A stretch of 64,000 bases of DNA from a virus (lineage: Duplodnaviria; Caudoviricetes). The translations under genes were made by a program, and so were the position numbers. Every line of letters begins with the position of its first letter. The stretch's first letter is position 1. The notes beneath the pieces are model-generated. The model was not told the DNA's origin. It saw only the letters and a program-made list of their open reading frames with translations, and ran no database searches. Of this stretch, positions 20,843 through 30,700 are shown in pieces. The stretch is taken from the IMG/VR virus record IMGVR_UViG_3300029288_000079, positions 64,001 to 128,000 of that record; one strand, given 5' to 3'.

Positions 20843-21487
20843 TTATAATATTATATCCAAATCTTTTGGTAGTTCAGAATCTGCTTCTGCCATAGCTTTT
20901 CGTTGCTTATTAAAAGCCACATTATCATGCTTAGCTACCTTATGTTTTTCTACATCAGACCACAATTTAGGGTTTATCCATGGGATGATGCTATCTCTAA
21001 CAGCTTCTATAAGATCTATATTTTCTTCCTTATCTATAATAGTACTATAAAGAATCCACATCTTTTGTTCATCTATCATGTCTTTAATAGGTGTCTTTGA
21101 AGCATGATTATAAATTATCCAATTACTTCTAGATATATTTTTTCTACAAAAATCTTCTACATTTTCTCTTACATATTCAGACCATTCCTCCAAAGCACCC
21201 TTAAAATCACTCCATAATTCTGAAACTAAATAAGTAGATAAATTTTTAATTATATTAGTATTTTCACAGCCAAAACTTTTCTCTAATATATTTATAGGCA
21301 TGGTGTTACATAAACCAATCAATGTAACTGGAAACTGTAATTTATTAAGATTTATATTTGATGAATCTTGAAAAGGACGCAATAATACTTTAGGAGGTAT
21401 CCCGTCTATAAAAGCTTTTTCAAGATCTGGTTGGGTAAACTTAAACCGCTTTGGGGCAGGACTCTCTATGTTTCTTAAATTCCTCAA
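20843..21487 (-). CDS. Second tail assembly chaperone ORF (start uncertain: TTG near 21487 or frameshift fusion)
   Basis: Open frame overlapping the end of 21441..22196, directly before the tape measure gene. Confidence 0.55.
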   Translation of the reverse strand: MRNLRNIESPAPKRFKFTQPDLEKAFIDGIPPKVLLRPFQDSSNINLNKLQFPVTLIGLCNTMPINILEKSFGCENTNIIKNLSTYLVSELWSDFKGALEEWSEYVRENVEDFCRKNISRSNWIIYNHASKTPIKDMIDEQKMWILYSTIIDKEENIDLIEAVRDSIIPWINPKLWSDVEKHKVAKHDNVAFNKQRKAMAEADSELPKDLDIIL

Positions 21488-22196
21488 GACTATCCAGCTC
21501 CTTCCCACATTTACAATTATAATCGGAGAACTCGAAAGAGCCATCAGGCTCATCGACTTTTGCTTCAGAGTTAGTTTCTGAAGCTTTTGTAGCAAGATTT
21601 GATGATTCTTCCTCTTCATTTTCTTCGAAATTAAAATCTTGCAAGGATATTTTATCTTTACAATTTGGACATATAATTTCTGCAAGACTATATTTTAAAA
21701 CAAAAGAATCTTCTGGAAAGTTTTTTTCTGAAAAAACTTGACCACAATAACCACAAGATAAATTATTATTAAGAACTCTAACTTGTTTTAATTGCAAGCC
21801 TGAATATACAAATTGCAATCTCTCTATAACAATATTTTCTAGATTTTGAATCCAGCCCCTCAGATATTGTAATTCAGAAAGATTTGTTTTATGCTGATCA
21901 TTATATTTTTTAAGTTCTTCAAGAGAAATAAGAGATCTACCATCTATAGACCAAATAGATCTTATTAGTGTTTCTTGAACTGTAGATATATCTCTTGCAT
22001 TTTCTGGAATCTCATCACAATATTTAGCAATATCTAAAACCTCTCCTGCATTACATATACGCATACCAAAAATTTTATTTTTCCATTTAGTTCCAACCCA
22101 ATCATGGAAGGGTTTTATTTCATAAATACTACTATCTTTTGTTATTTGACCCAGCTCCTCCAGCGAAGTCAATATATCATTGACAGGCTCCATCAT
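21441..22196 (-). CDS. Tail assembly chaperone with Zn-finger motifs
   Basis: Lies between tube and tape measure; acidic; CxxC pairs; GGAGG SD. Confidence 0.65.
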   Translation of the reverse strand: MMEPVNDILTSLEELGQITKDSSIYEIKPFHDWVGTKWKNKIFGMRICNAGEVLDIAKYCDEIPENARDISTVQETLIRSIWSIDGRSLISLEELKKYNDQHKTNLSELQYLRGWIQNLENIVIERLQFVYSGLQLKQVRVLNNNLSCGYCGQVFSEKNFPEDSFVLKYSLAEIICPNCKDKISLQDFNFEENEEEESSNLATKASETNSEAKVDEPDGSFEFSDYNCKCGKELDSLEEFKKHRESCPKAV

Positions 22197-22211
22197 ATAA
22201 CCTCCATTATA

Positions 22212-22658
22212 TTATCCAATAACAATGAATTCCACTTGCAGAGAAACATTCTCTGTAACTGTTATCTGACCCTCACGAATATTTTTACCTAGAGAATCTA
22301 TCCAGCAATTGTGATATTCGGTCTTTTTAATTTCACCATTAGGACCTTGAAGAATCTCCGTTATATTAATCGGGTTTGTAGCTTTGGATACTTCATCAGA
22401 ATTGCTAATACCTAGGGCTTCTAATAGACTATTTTCATAAGTTTCTAATCTATCAATAGTTATTCTATATTCACTACGGCCAGGAACTATCTCAAAGGTA
22501 TCTTTGTCACTAGCATTTCTATTTATCTCAAAAATGCGTTCCAAACGTCTACTCATTGTAGCATTAAACCCTTGTAGAGTTCCAATAGCCTTACCATTGT
22601 TATTTTTTACAGTATAGGCGTAAGAAACAACTGTTTTTCTATTTGGAATACTTGCCAT
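22212..22658 (-). CDS. Tail tube protein
   Basis: Follows sheath; IG.LQ..., EIVPG, Y.NCWI motifs. Confidence 0.85.
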   Translation of the reverse strand: MASIPNRKTVVSYAYTVKNNNGKAIGTLQGFNATMSRRLERIFEINRNASDKDTFEIVPGRSEYRITIDRLETYENSLLEALGISNSDEVSKATNPINITEILQGPNGEIKKTEYHNCWIDSLGKNIREGQITVTENVSLQVEFIVIG

Positions 22659-22720
22659 TTTATTTTTCCTTTATAAGTTTAATTCTATAAATTACAAAAT
22701 CTATATTATCAATCATTGTA

Positions 22721-24190
22721 TTATCCGACATATGTTGATACAGTACAAGAAATAAATTTTAACGGGTATAATGGCATATAACTACATGTAAGATCCACCT
22801 GTCTTGGTTCTATAGAATTCTGAACCGCTGATATAGCAACCTCACCTGTTATAGGATTATCAACTTGGCCATATCTATTTATTTCCCTAGCATTAATTAG
22901 AGATTGTAAAATACTACCACCAGTTGCAATTACATCAAGTATTGTTGTAGATGTTATTACAACGCCTTTACCTTTAAATGCATTATCTAAACCATCTTTT
23001 AAAGTTCGTTTTACTAATCTACGAACTGATTCCACAGACTCTTCCTCAGTATCTGCTGACGTTGAGTCGGTAGTGATACAGTCTCTAATAGTTATGACAC
23101 CTGAACGACTTTCTAATACGAGAGCACCTGCAGCTCCCAATTGATTCATCTCATATTCATTCCACTTTTCATCTTCAATAATTATACCTGTAACAACCAT
23201 TCCAGTTAAAGGTGTTGATCGTAAAGATTGAGATCCTTTAAGACCTGCAACAGCAATAGCTGCATAATTACCATCAAGTTCCATATATGCATTGTTAGCG
23301 TCTTTTCTACGCACACGACTAGGAACAACATATATTCTTCGTCTATCATTTATAGCATTAGCTCGATAACAATATGTTCCAGAAGCTGTAGTATCACCTA
23401 TAGTATCAAACCCATCTGATGCACTATAGGGTGAAGGAGATCCATCCATAAGTCCACGACCTCTATTAGCATTGTCCATAGTTAATACATGCGTATAGGC
23501 ATATGTTATAATAGATTGCTGACTTGCAGCAGTAACACTTCCAGAAGGAAATACACATACAACAGATTCAATATTTTTCTTTTTCTTCAACGTATCAATT
23601 GCAGTCTTATATGCAGCTTCTGAATAAGTAGATCCAGAAGACTGAACCAACATAACTGCAGGACTTCCATTCTCAATTGCAATTGACCCAGCAATTGCAA
23701 GTATACCATTTGTGGTATTTTCAGAACCATACTTTGCTAGAATAGAAGTTTTGTCACTCATAATAGCAGGATCAAATTGAGTTGTAGGAACATCATAATT
23801 ATATGTTACATAGTATGTTGATCCTGTTGCAGGAATATCTGCAGGAACTGTACCTTGTGTCCAGCTCATAATACCTGTAGTTCCTGTAGAACCTGATGCA
23901 GCTACATTATTTGCATATAAAGCACCATTAATTACTATATCAATTGCAGCGGCAGATCCTGAAGCAATTCCTGGAGTATTAGCTATTTGTGTTGTAACAA
24001 CTGATGTAGCAGGATATGCAGATAGATTATCTGTAGCCCCAACACCTCGCGTAATAGCCTCATCAATGACATATCTTTTCATCGGACCTATTCCGACAAT
24101 TGCCGGAATCATATTATCACCAGCAATATTAATTATTCTTGGATTGTCTACTGTGTTTACAGTAGTTCCAGGTTGTCTATAACTAGGCAT
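22721..24190 (-). CDS. Tail sheath protein
   Basis: Y.QPG N-terminus; C-terminal EPRQVD..CSYMPLYPLKFI. Confidence 0.9.
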   Translation of the reverse strand: MPSYRQPGTTVNTVDNPRIINIAGDNMIPAIVGIGPMKRYVIDEAITRGVGATDNLSAYPATSVVTTQIANTPGIASGSAAAIDIVINGALYANNVAASGSTGTTGIMSWTQGTVPADIPATGSTYYVTYNYDVPTTQFDPAIMSDKTSILAKYGSENTTNGILAIAGSIAIENGSPAVMLVQSSGSTYSEAAYKTAIDTLKKKKNIESVVCVFPSGSVTAASQQSIITYAYTHVLTMDNANRGRGLMDGSPSPYSASDGFDTIGDTTASGTYCYRANAINDRRRIYVVPSRVRRKDANNAYMELDGNYAAIAVAGLKGSQSLRSTPLTGMVVTGIIIEDEKWNEYEMNQLGAAGALVLESRSGVITIRDCITTDSTSADTEEESVESVRRLVKRTLKDGLDNAFKGKGVVITSTTILDVIATGGSILQSLINAREINRYGQVDNPITGEVAISAVQNSIEPRQVDLTCSYMPLYPLKFISCTVSTYVG

Positions 24191-24259
24191 TATGTATCTC
24201 CTTAAATTTAATTTGTCTACTATCTATGATATATATGTGTTTTTTAATAAAAAAATCAA

Positions 24260-25330
24260 CTAGTCAGTATCATAAAATGCTGTTGGTATTGCCGTTGTAT
24301 CCTTCAAATAATTAGCATTAAACTGTTGTGACCATTCTGTCATTACAGTAAGTGATATCGGTACAGTAAAAATAAGGTCTTTTTCACCTCTTCTACGATT
24401 TTCTACAGCTCCTATTCGAATATCCTTAATATTTATACCTGCAACAGATAGTGTTCCTGAAGAGTTTGAATAAGAGATAGTAGGTAACTCCATACCATCA
24501 ATAGCATCAGATTCTCTGCTTATAACAGCATGTTTACCTAAAGATAAATATTGAATTATAAGTTCAGACAAATCATAAGCTTGTGCAGTTTGATTCTTTG
24601 ACATGCATCTAAAGACCATATTACACTCATATAAGCCACCAAATGTTAGACTACTTGGAAATCTTACAAATCCTACAACACTTCCTGTGGATTGGATACT
24701 ACCCGTACCAGAAATATATTTTGTAGTCCTGGTAGTATCTATTCCAATATAATAATCACTACCCGAAGCTACTTGAAGTTCAATCCAATAATCTTGTTGA
24801 TCTAACGTAATTGTTGGAAATAATTCAGTTTCCATATCTTGAAATGTTATTTCAGTTATACCTGATAAAGACCCTGAAGCAACTAATATAGGTGTTGTAA
24901 GATAATCTTTATATAAATTAACTGTAATGTCATCTCCACCCCCACCTGTCTGTGACCAAGCTCCTTTTAAAGATATGTTTCCTAAAGTTTTAGTTAGTAA
25001 ATTATCAGTCAATGAAAATGCTACTGGAGCATTTGATGATAAAATAACCATTGAAAGATTTCTATTACCTATAATCTCCACACTATCAGCTCCTGTAGTT
25101 AAAAAGTCATTAAATCCAAAAGGAGTTATAGATCCTCCATTACTTCCTAACGTTATTACAGGATATTTCTCATTCTCATTATAAAATTGTTCAAATACTA
25201 ATTGCTCACTTCCACTTGAGAATTGTACAATCTCTACTCCCAGATTAACCCATTGAGAGTTATAACGAAAAACTCTGCGGAGATAATTTGTTAAATTACT
25301 TATGAGATATTTGTTTAAATGATAATGCAT
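24260..25330 (-). CDS. Tail terminator / neck protein
   Basis: Upstream of sheath; E.YP.I motif; internal beta-rich insertion. Confidence 0.55.
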   Translation of the reverse strand: MHYHLNKYLISNLTNYLRRVFRYNSQWVNLGVEIVQFSSGSEQLVFEQFYNENEKYPVITLGSNGGSITPFGFNDFLTTGADSVEIIGNRNLSMVILSSNAPVAFSLTDNLLTKTLGNISLKGAWSQTGGGGDDITVNLYKDYLTTPILVASGSLSGITEITFQDMETELFPTITLDQQDYWIELQVASGSDYYIGIDTTRTTKYISGTGSIQSTGSVVGFVRFPSSLTFGGLYECNMVFRCMSKNQTAQAYDLSELIIQYLSLGKHAVISRESDAIDGMELPTISYSNSSGTLSVAGINIKDIRIGAVENRRRGEKDLIFTVPISLTVMTEWSQQFNANYLKDTTAIPTAFYDTD

Positions 25331-25571
25331 TTTTTATTGCCTCTATTTCAAATGATTTAAACCACATTAGGTCTTTCATATTTGGAAATTGCACTCCCCA
25401 AGCATCATTACCTTTATCTAATCTCCTGACTATTCCAATTGATCTATTCTGCTGCAATTTTTTTAATACATATTCTAATGAAAACGTAGGTGTTACTTCA
25501 TAGTGAAATTTTGTTATTCCAGGACTCAAAGTAACTCGAGATCCCAATTCAATGTCAGGATTTGGTTTCAT
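25296..25571 (-). CDS. Hypothetical SH3-like protein
   Basis: LGSRV...IGIV...WGVQF pattern. Confidence 0.5.
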   Translation of the reverse strand: MKPNPDIELGSRVTLSPGITKFHYEVTPTFSLEYVLKKLQQNRSIGIVRRLDKGNDAWGVQFPNMKDLMWFKSFEIEAIKNALSFKQISHK

Positions 25572-25710
25572 TAATTTCTATGCCGCAAATTGAATGTAAG
25601 TGTATTTTGTAATTTTTCTACAGTCCATATACCATCTATTACAAGATAGAGAAGATATTTGTAAGGTTTTAAAATATGTACATAATTTTTTATACTACTA
25701 TCTAACTTTT

Positions 25711-26580
25711 TCATACTGTTGTTATAGATATATTATATCTTGGGTCCGTTTTTTCTATATACCTTAATTTAAATCTCTGCGTAATAAGAGACCCCTGGAT
25801 ATATGAATCTCTTTTATCTACAACTTCATAACGTTCTTCTTCACCACTGAAAGTTTGATCACCAAATGCCACAAAAATATCATAATTATAAATTTTAGGC
25901 TCCCAAATTATCCAGCAATCTGCCTGTTCCATCTCAACTCGGCCCTCCTCATTGACTATGAGCTCATTTTGAGATAATGGGTACCTGAGTAATACTTGAT
26001 TAACTCCTCTAAATCCATCAAAGGTAGTGTCAAGATATTGCTTCCACCCATATAAAGAGTCATTAGTACCTTCACCAGACTTCACTCTTTCAACGTTAAT
26101 TCCAGGTTCTAGAGTAGTATAATAATACTGGATAATAGACCCAGAAGCATTGAAGCCTGTATTAAATACTAACTCCACTCTTGCAGGAGACAGATCCACA
26201 CGCTTGACAACTGCAAACTCATTATCATTTACAAGGTCATCAATATCAATAACCCGAGTAGCTTCTACAGAATTTATTAGAACAGATATAGAACCTTTTC
26301 CATCATTAGTATATGGCCTTATATCCGGATGATTGGATCCTGAGGACCAGATAGAAGCTCTATATCTTGGAATTGTCTCAACATAAGATGTCACTGTGTA
26401 TGGACTTGTAGCATTACCTGCAACTGATCCCGATCCCAAAGTTTGTAATAAATATACTTTAAGCGGAGATATCCTAGATTGGATAACCATAGATTCTCTT
26501 ATATAGTTTATAATTTCTGTCTCACAACAACCAAGCATTCCATCATAGTCATTGATACTTGGATAATTAGGATCAGACAT
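25711..26580 (-). CDS. Head closure / neck protein
   Basis: W.IWEP.I..YD.., RYEV, Q.F.L..IE..DP.Y pattern; position among neck genes. Confidence 0.6.
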   Translation of the reverse strand: MSDPNYPSINDYDGMLGCCETEIINYIRESMVIQSRISPLKVYLLQTLGSGSVAGNATSPYTVTSYVETIPRYRASIWSSGSNHPDIRPYTNDGKGSISVLINSVEATRVIDIDDLVNDNEFAVVKRVDLSPARVELVFNTGFNASGSIIQYYYTTLEPGINVERVKSGEGTNDSLYGWKQYLDTTFDGFRGVNQVLLRYPLSQNELIVNEEGRVEMEQADCWIIWEPKIYNYDIFVAFGDQTFSGEEERYEVVDKRDSYIQGSLITQRFKLRYIEKTDPRYNISITTV

Positions 26581-26610
26581 ATTTTATTTTCCTTGTATTA
26601 TTCCAACTAA

Positions 26611-27207
26611 TTATTTTAAAACTTCATTTTCTGTAAAAAGTGTATAATCAAAAAACTCAGACCATTTGTTATATAAATGATCGTCTATCTGACTCATAAA
26701 AGTATCAAACTCAGAAAGCTTTGCTATCACTTGGCATCCTGCAGACCACTTATCTACTACAGTACTATCAACTCCCGCATGGTGTATATTAATCCCATCA
26801 TGCTCAGAATCTTGTGGTGTGGTTTGATCATATTCGCCATCTTTATCATTATCACGCCACACTCTTAATTTTCCACACTGTACTAATGCACGATATTGAC
26901 CTTTATGTAATCCTATTTTATGGCTGCACAAGTATTGTCCAGGAATCAAAATTGCAGTTCCTTTAATATTTATAGGATTATTTAAATAAAAAAGTCCTGG
27001 ATCAGTTGTTGCATTACACAATAAAGCCTCCCGAACACCTCCATTATTCATTCTGAGTATACCAATTATGTCATCAAACTTATTAATAGCTCCTAAATCA
27101 GCCCTGATACCGAAGATATTTGCCTGGTATATCCCATAGGTAAGTTTATATTTTTTATCATTATAAGCTTTTAATAAATTGTCGGTTGTAATATCTGCCC
27201 AGTTCAA
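26611..27207 (-). CDS. Putative peptidoglycan-active enzyme (YkuD/L,D-peptidase-like HxxG...SxGC motif); lysin candidate
   Basis: TTDPG, PGQY, GINIHHAG...WSAGCQV. Confidence 0.6.
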   Translation of the reverse strand: MNWADITTDNLLKAYNDKKYKLTYGIYQANIFGIRADLGAINKFDDIIGILRMNNGGVREALLCNATTDPGLFYLNNPINIKGTAILIPGQYLCSHKIGLHKGQYRALVQCGKLRVWRDNDKDGEYDQTTPQDSEHDGINIHHAGVDSTVVDKWSAGCQVIAKLSEFDTFMSQIDDHLYNKWSEFFDYTLFTENEVLK

Positions 27208-27208
27208 T

Positions 27209-27700
27209 TTATTTCTCCAATATGGGATCTAAAATATTTAACATGGCGGGTGTTATTCCAGATTCAGGAAGCAAATCTAGTTTAACTTTAGATAAGACAA
27301 TTTCCACGTCTTCCTTTAAAATATCTTCAACCTCTTTCAACTGTAACCTACGCTTCTCTAATGTATCTTTATGAGTTTCACCCAGCTTTTTAAATTCTTC
27401 ATTGAATTTTACCAACCCATCTCCAGATAATTTATAAGAATTATTTTCAATAATGGGTTGATTATCCTTATCTTTTTCAGCATAAGTTTTAGCTAATGTA
27501 GCTCTTTCTTCATCATATTTTTTAAACATATCATCGGGATTCCCAACCTTTTTGATAATTTCTACTAAAGAATCTAGTACAGATAGGTTAGTTAATATTA
27601 TATAACTAAATTTAGTTTTAACTAACATTTTTCCTGTGTTGATCTCATTTTCTAAATACTTAAGAATATTCCAAAGTTCTACAGCCTGGCTCTTAAACAT
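27209..27700 (-). CDS. Helical protein, possible fibre assembly chaperone
   Basis: Directly after the long fibre gene; charged and helical; AGGAG SD. Confidence 0.5.
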   Translation of the reverse strand: MFKSQAVELWNILKYLENEINTGKMLVKTKFSYIILTNLSVLDSLVEIIKKVGNPDDMFKKYDEERATLAKTYAEKDKDNQPIIENNSYKLSGDGLVKFNEEFKKLGETHKDTLEKRRLQLKEVEDILKEDVEIVLSKVKLDLLPESGITPAMLNILDPILEK

Positions 27701-27730
27701 GACTCTCTCCTTTAATTTATAATTAATTAA

Positions 27731-30700
27731 TTATAACTTCACTATACCTACCTTATACAACGTCCCACCAACATCTAGTTGTATATACTGTGTTGTATCT
27801 AATGAAACTGTGGCAGCCACACGAACACCAAATTTCCAAAATGCAGCAGTACCTCCACTGGGAGCCCCTGTCTTCAAACCACCAGTAACCAAGCACTGAG
27901 CTGCGGTTATATAAAATCCATAACCAGCAGCGTTGGTCTGAGTACCAGCATACAAAGCATTGCCATTATTAGCTGCTGCATAAATAACATCACCTGCAGT
28001 AGTACCACCAGGACCAACAGTAAGTGTGCCCACAACTGTCACCTTACCACTAAAGTAGCCAGCATGAACTGCGCCCCCTGTATAAGCAGTACCAGCTATT
28101 GCATATAATGCATAACTTGTTGATCCTGTGTTTGTAGCATTACCCCCTTGTGCATAAATACCGTAAGAAATAGCAGTACCTGCATCTACATTTTGTGCAA
28201 GTCCGCCAAGAAAATATCCAGCATAAGAGTACTGAGTTCCTACGGAGCAGTAATTAACTCCTCCAGTTACTTTCAACGCATAAGAACTTGTGTCTGTTGT
28301 GTTATTAGTATTAGTGATATTAAACACACCAGTTGCCCCATCCACATCTTGCGAGATGGTCATTGTAGCAGCTGTTGAAGTCAAAGGGCTATTTGCCAAT
28401 CCCGTAGCATCAGAAACATGGTAAGGTACATAGCTATTAGTAAGACCACTAAGTTTAGCTGTTACAAATACAGGACTATCAGCTGTAGTTAACCCAGATA
28501 CAACAGACTGATTTAATGTTTGCCAACTTTTATCACCTCTCCAATACTGAGATACAGATCCTGTAGATATTACTGGTTCATACACTCCAGTATGTAAATG
28601 ATCACCATAAGCAGCGGTTGCATGGTCTGTTCCAAATCCTGGAAAAGTAGTTAAACCATTCCAATTAGACTGATCTGTAGTTGTAGGAATATAATATCCA
28701 CTTCCAGAACTTACTGTAATATTTGTAGTTCCAGATCCAGAAATTACTCCTGTTAATGTAATATTTTGATTCTCAGTTAAAAAAGTAGAATTATCATAAG
28801 ATATTAAAGATCCTGAAGCTTTTATAAAACCTAATCCATTTATAATATTTTGTTTATTATAAAATGTATTCCAATCAGTAGATGATAATACACCAGTAGT
28901 AGATATAGATGCTGAAGCAATAGATATCTCTTGAATGTTTAATGATAACCCATTTGAAGGACTTCCTATAGTAACAGGTGGATGTGGAGCATAGGTATTA
29001 TCCCAAGTTAAACTTCCAGAACCATTATTGTATAAATGTCCAATATCATTAGATAAATTTCCTATTGTAGTTAAATTTGCATATGCATTTTGTTTATTAT
29101 AAAATGTATTCCAATCAGTAGAATCCAGATAACCAGATATAGAAGAAGAAGATTTTGTAATTTGCAAAGTAACTCCAGACCCAATAACAGACCCAGAACC
29201 TCCTGTAATTACAATAACAGAGCTTTCAATTTCAGTTAAATTACCCTTTGCAAGAACTGCTTCTCTAGATGTGTCAATAGGATGAACATGATCGGCTCTT
29301 GGAAGATTTTCAAGAAAACCAACTGAAACCTCTCCATTCATCTTTATATTACTTATGGATGTTTCAAAATCTTTATTAAAAGTAGAGCCAGAAGCAATTC
29401 CTATAAGAGATGTTCCATTGTTAAAAATAGCAATTTGCCCAGAGCTTCCAGACCCTATAATAGGATTTGTTAATAAGTCTTGTTTACTATTAAATGTATT
29501 CCAATCTTCTGAAGATAAATAACCATCAGTAGAAGCTGAAGATTTTTGTACAGATATAGAAGTACCTGAACCTATAACAGAATTTGTACCTCCTGTAATT
29601 GTTAAGATAGAAGATCCTGTTTCTGTTAAAGAACCAGATGAAAATGCATTTTGTTTAGAGTTCCATGTAACTGCAGAAGATATATAAGCATCAGCAAGAG
29701 GTGTACCAAGAGTAATTCCACCACTAAAGCCAACACTGCCACTATTCCCAGTTAATACATTTGAATTGGGTAGAGTTAGAGTGCCAAATAATTGTGTTGA
29801 ACCATCCCCAAAAACTGCAAGTCCCGTTTCCCAGCCACTCAACCCCTGTAAGCGCGTTGCAAAACCAGACCAGTTACCACATGTCAATATAATATCGTCA
29901 ACTGAATTTATAAAAAACTGCCCACTCCCGGTGTGTTCAAAAAAAGAACCACCACCAATCGCCGACGCAACAAAGTGCATTTGTGATGTCCCATCAGTTT
30001 TACTGTAAATATTCCCACAAGTCAGCGTACCCGGCCCTATATCTATTGCACCAAAGCCACTTGTAATACTGCCAGAAGCTAATGCACCCACAGTTGTAAT
30101 TGTAGATGAACCAGTATTCGCCAAAGCAGCCATTGTTCCAATGTTGGTAGCAGATAGATCCCCAGTGATAACTGTATTCCCATAAATATTTACAACTCCA
30201 TTTGCACCAGCACCGGCACCATAGCCAACCTGTATAGCAACACTACCACCATCGCCTTCATTCGCTGCACTACCTGCCTGAATACTTATAGAGCCACCAT
30301 CACCAGAGGTTGCTCCACCATTATTTGCATACAGAGCTATAGAACCACCACCTTCAATTTCTCCTGCAGACTCCGAATAACCTAATTCTAAGAGATTACC
30401 CTCAAAGCTAAAATAAGGTTTTTGTTCTTGTCCTACACCAACACCCGTAATATAGCCAGCATCAATTTCTGTTAGCCAATTTCCAGCTTCCCCTAATGTG
30501 ATGGAGCCACTAGCAGTTATATTACCACTACTATTAATATCACCACAATCTAGAGTTCCATTAATAGTTAAAACTCCTACATCGCTACGATATAATGTAA
30601 TATCATTATTCCAACTTAATTTACCCTCAGTAGCGAATCTGATTGCAGCATTCTCAGTTCCTCCTACTGTTTGATCATCAAAATAAGCACCCCAAGCATT

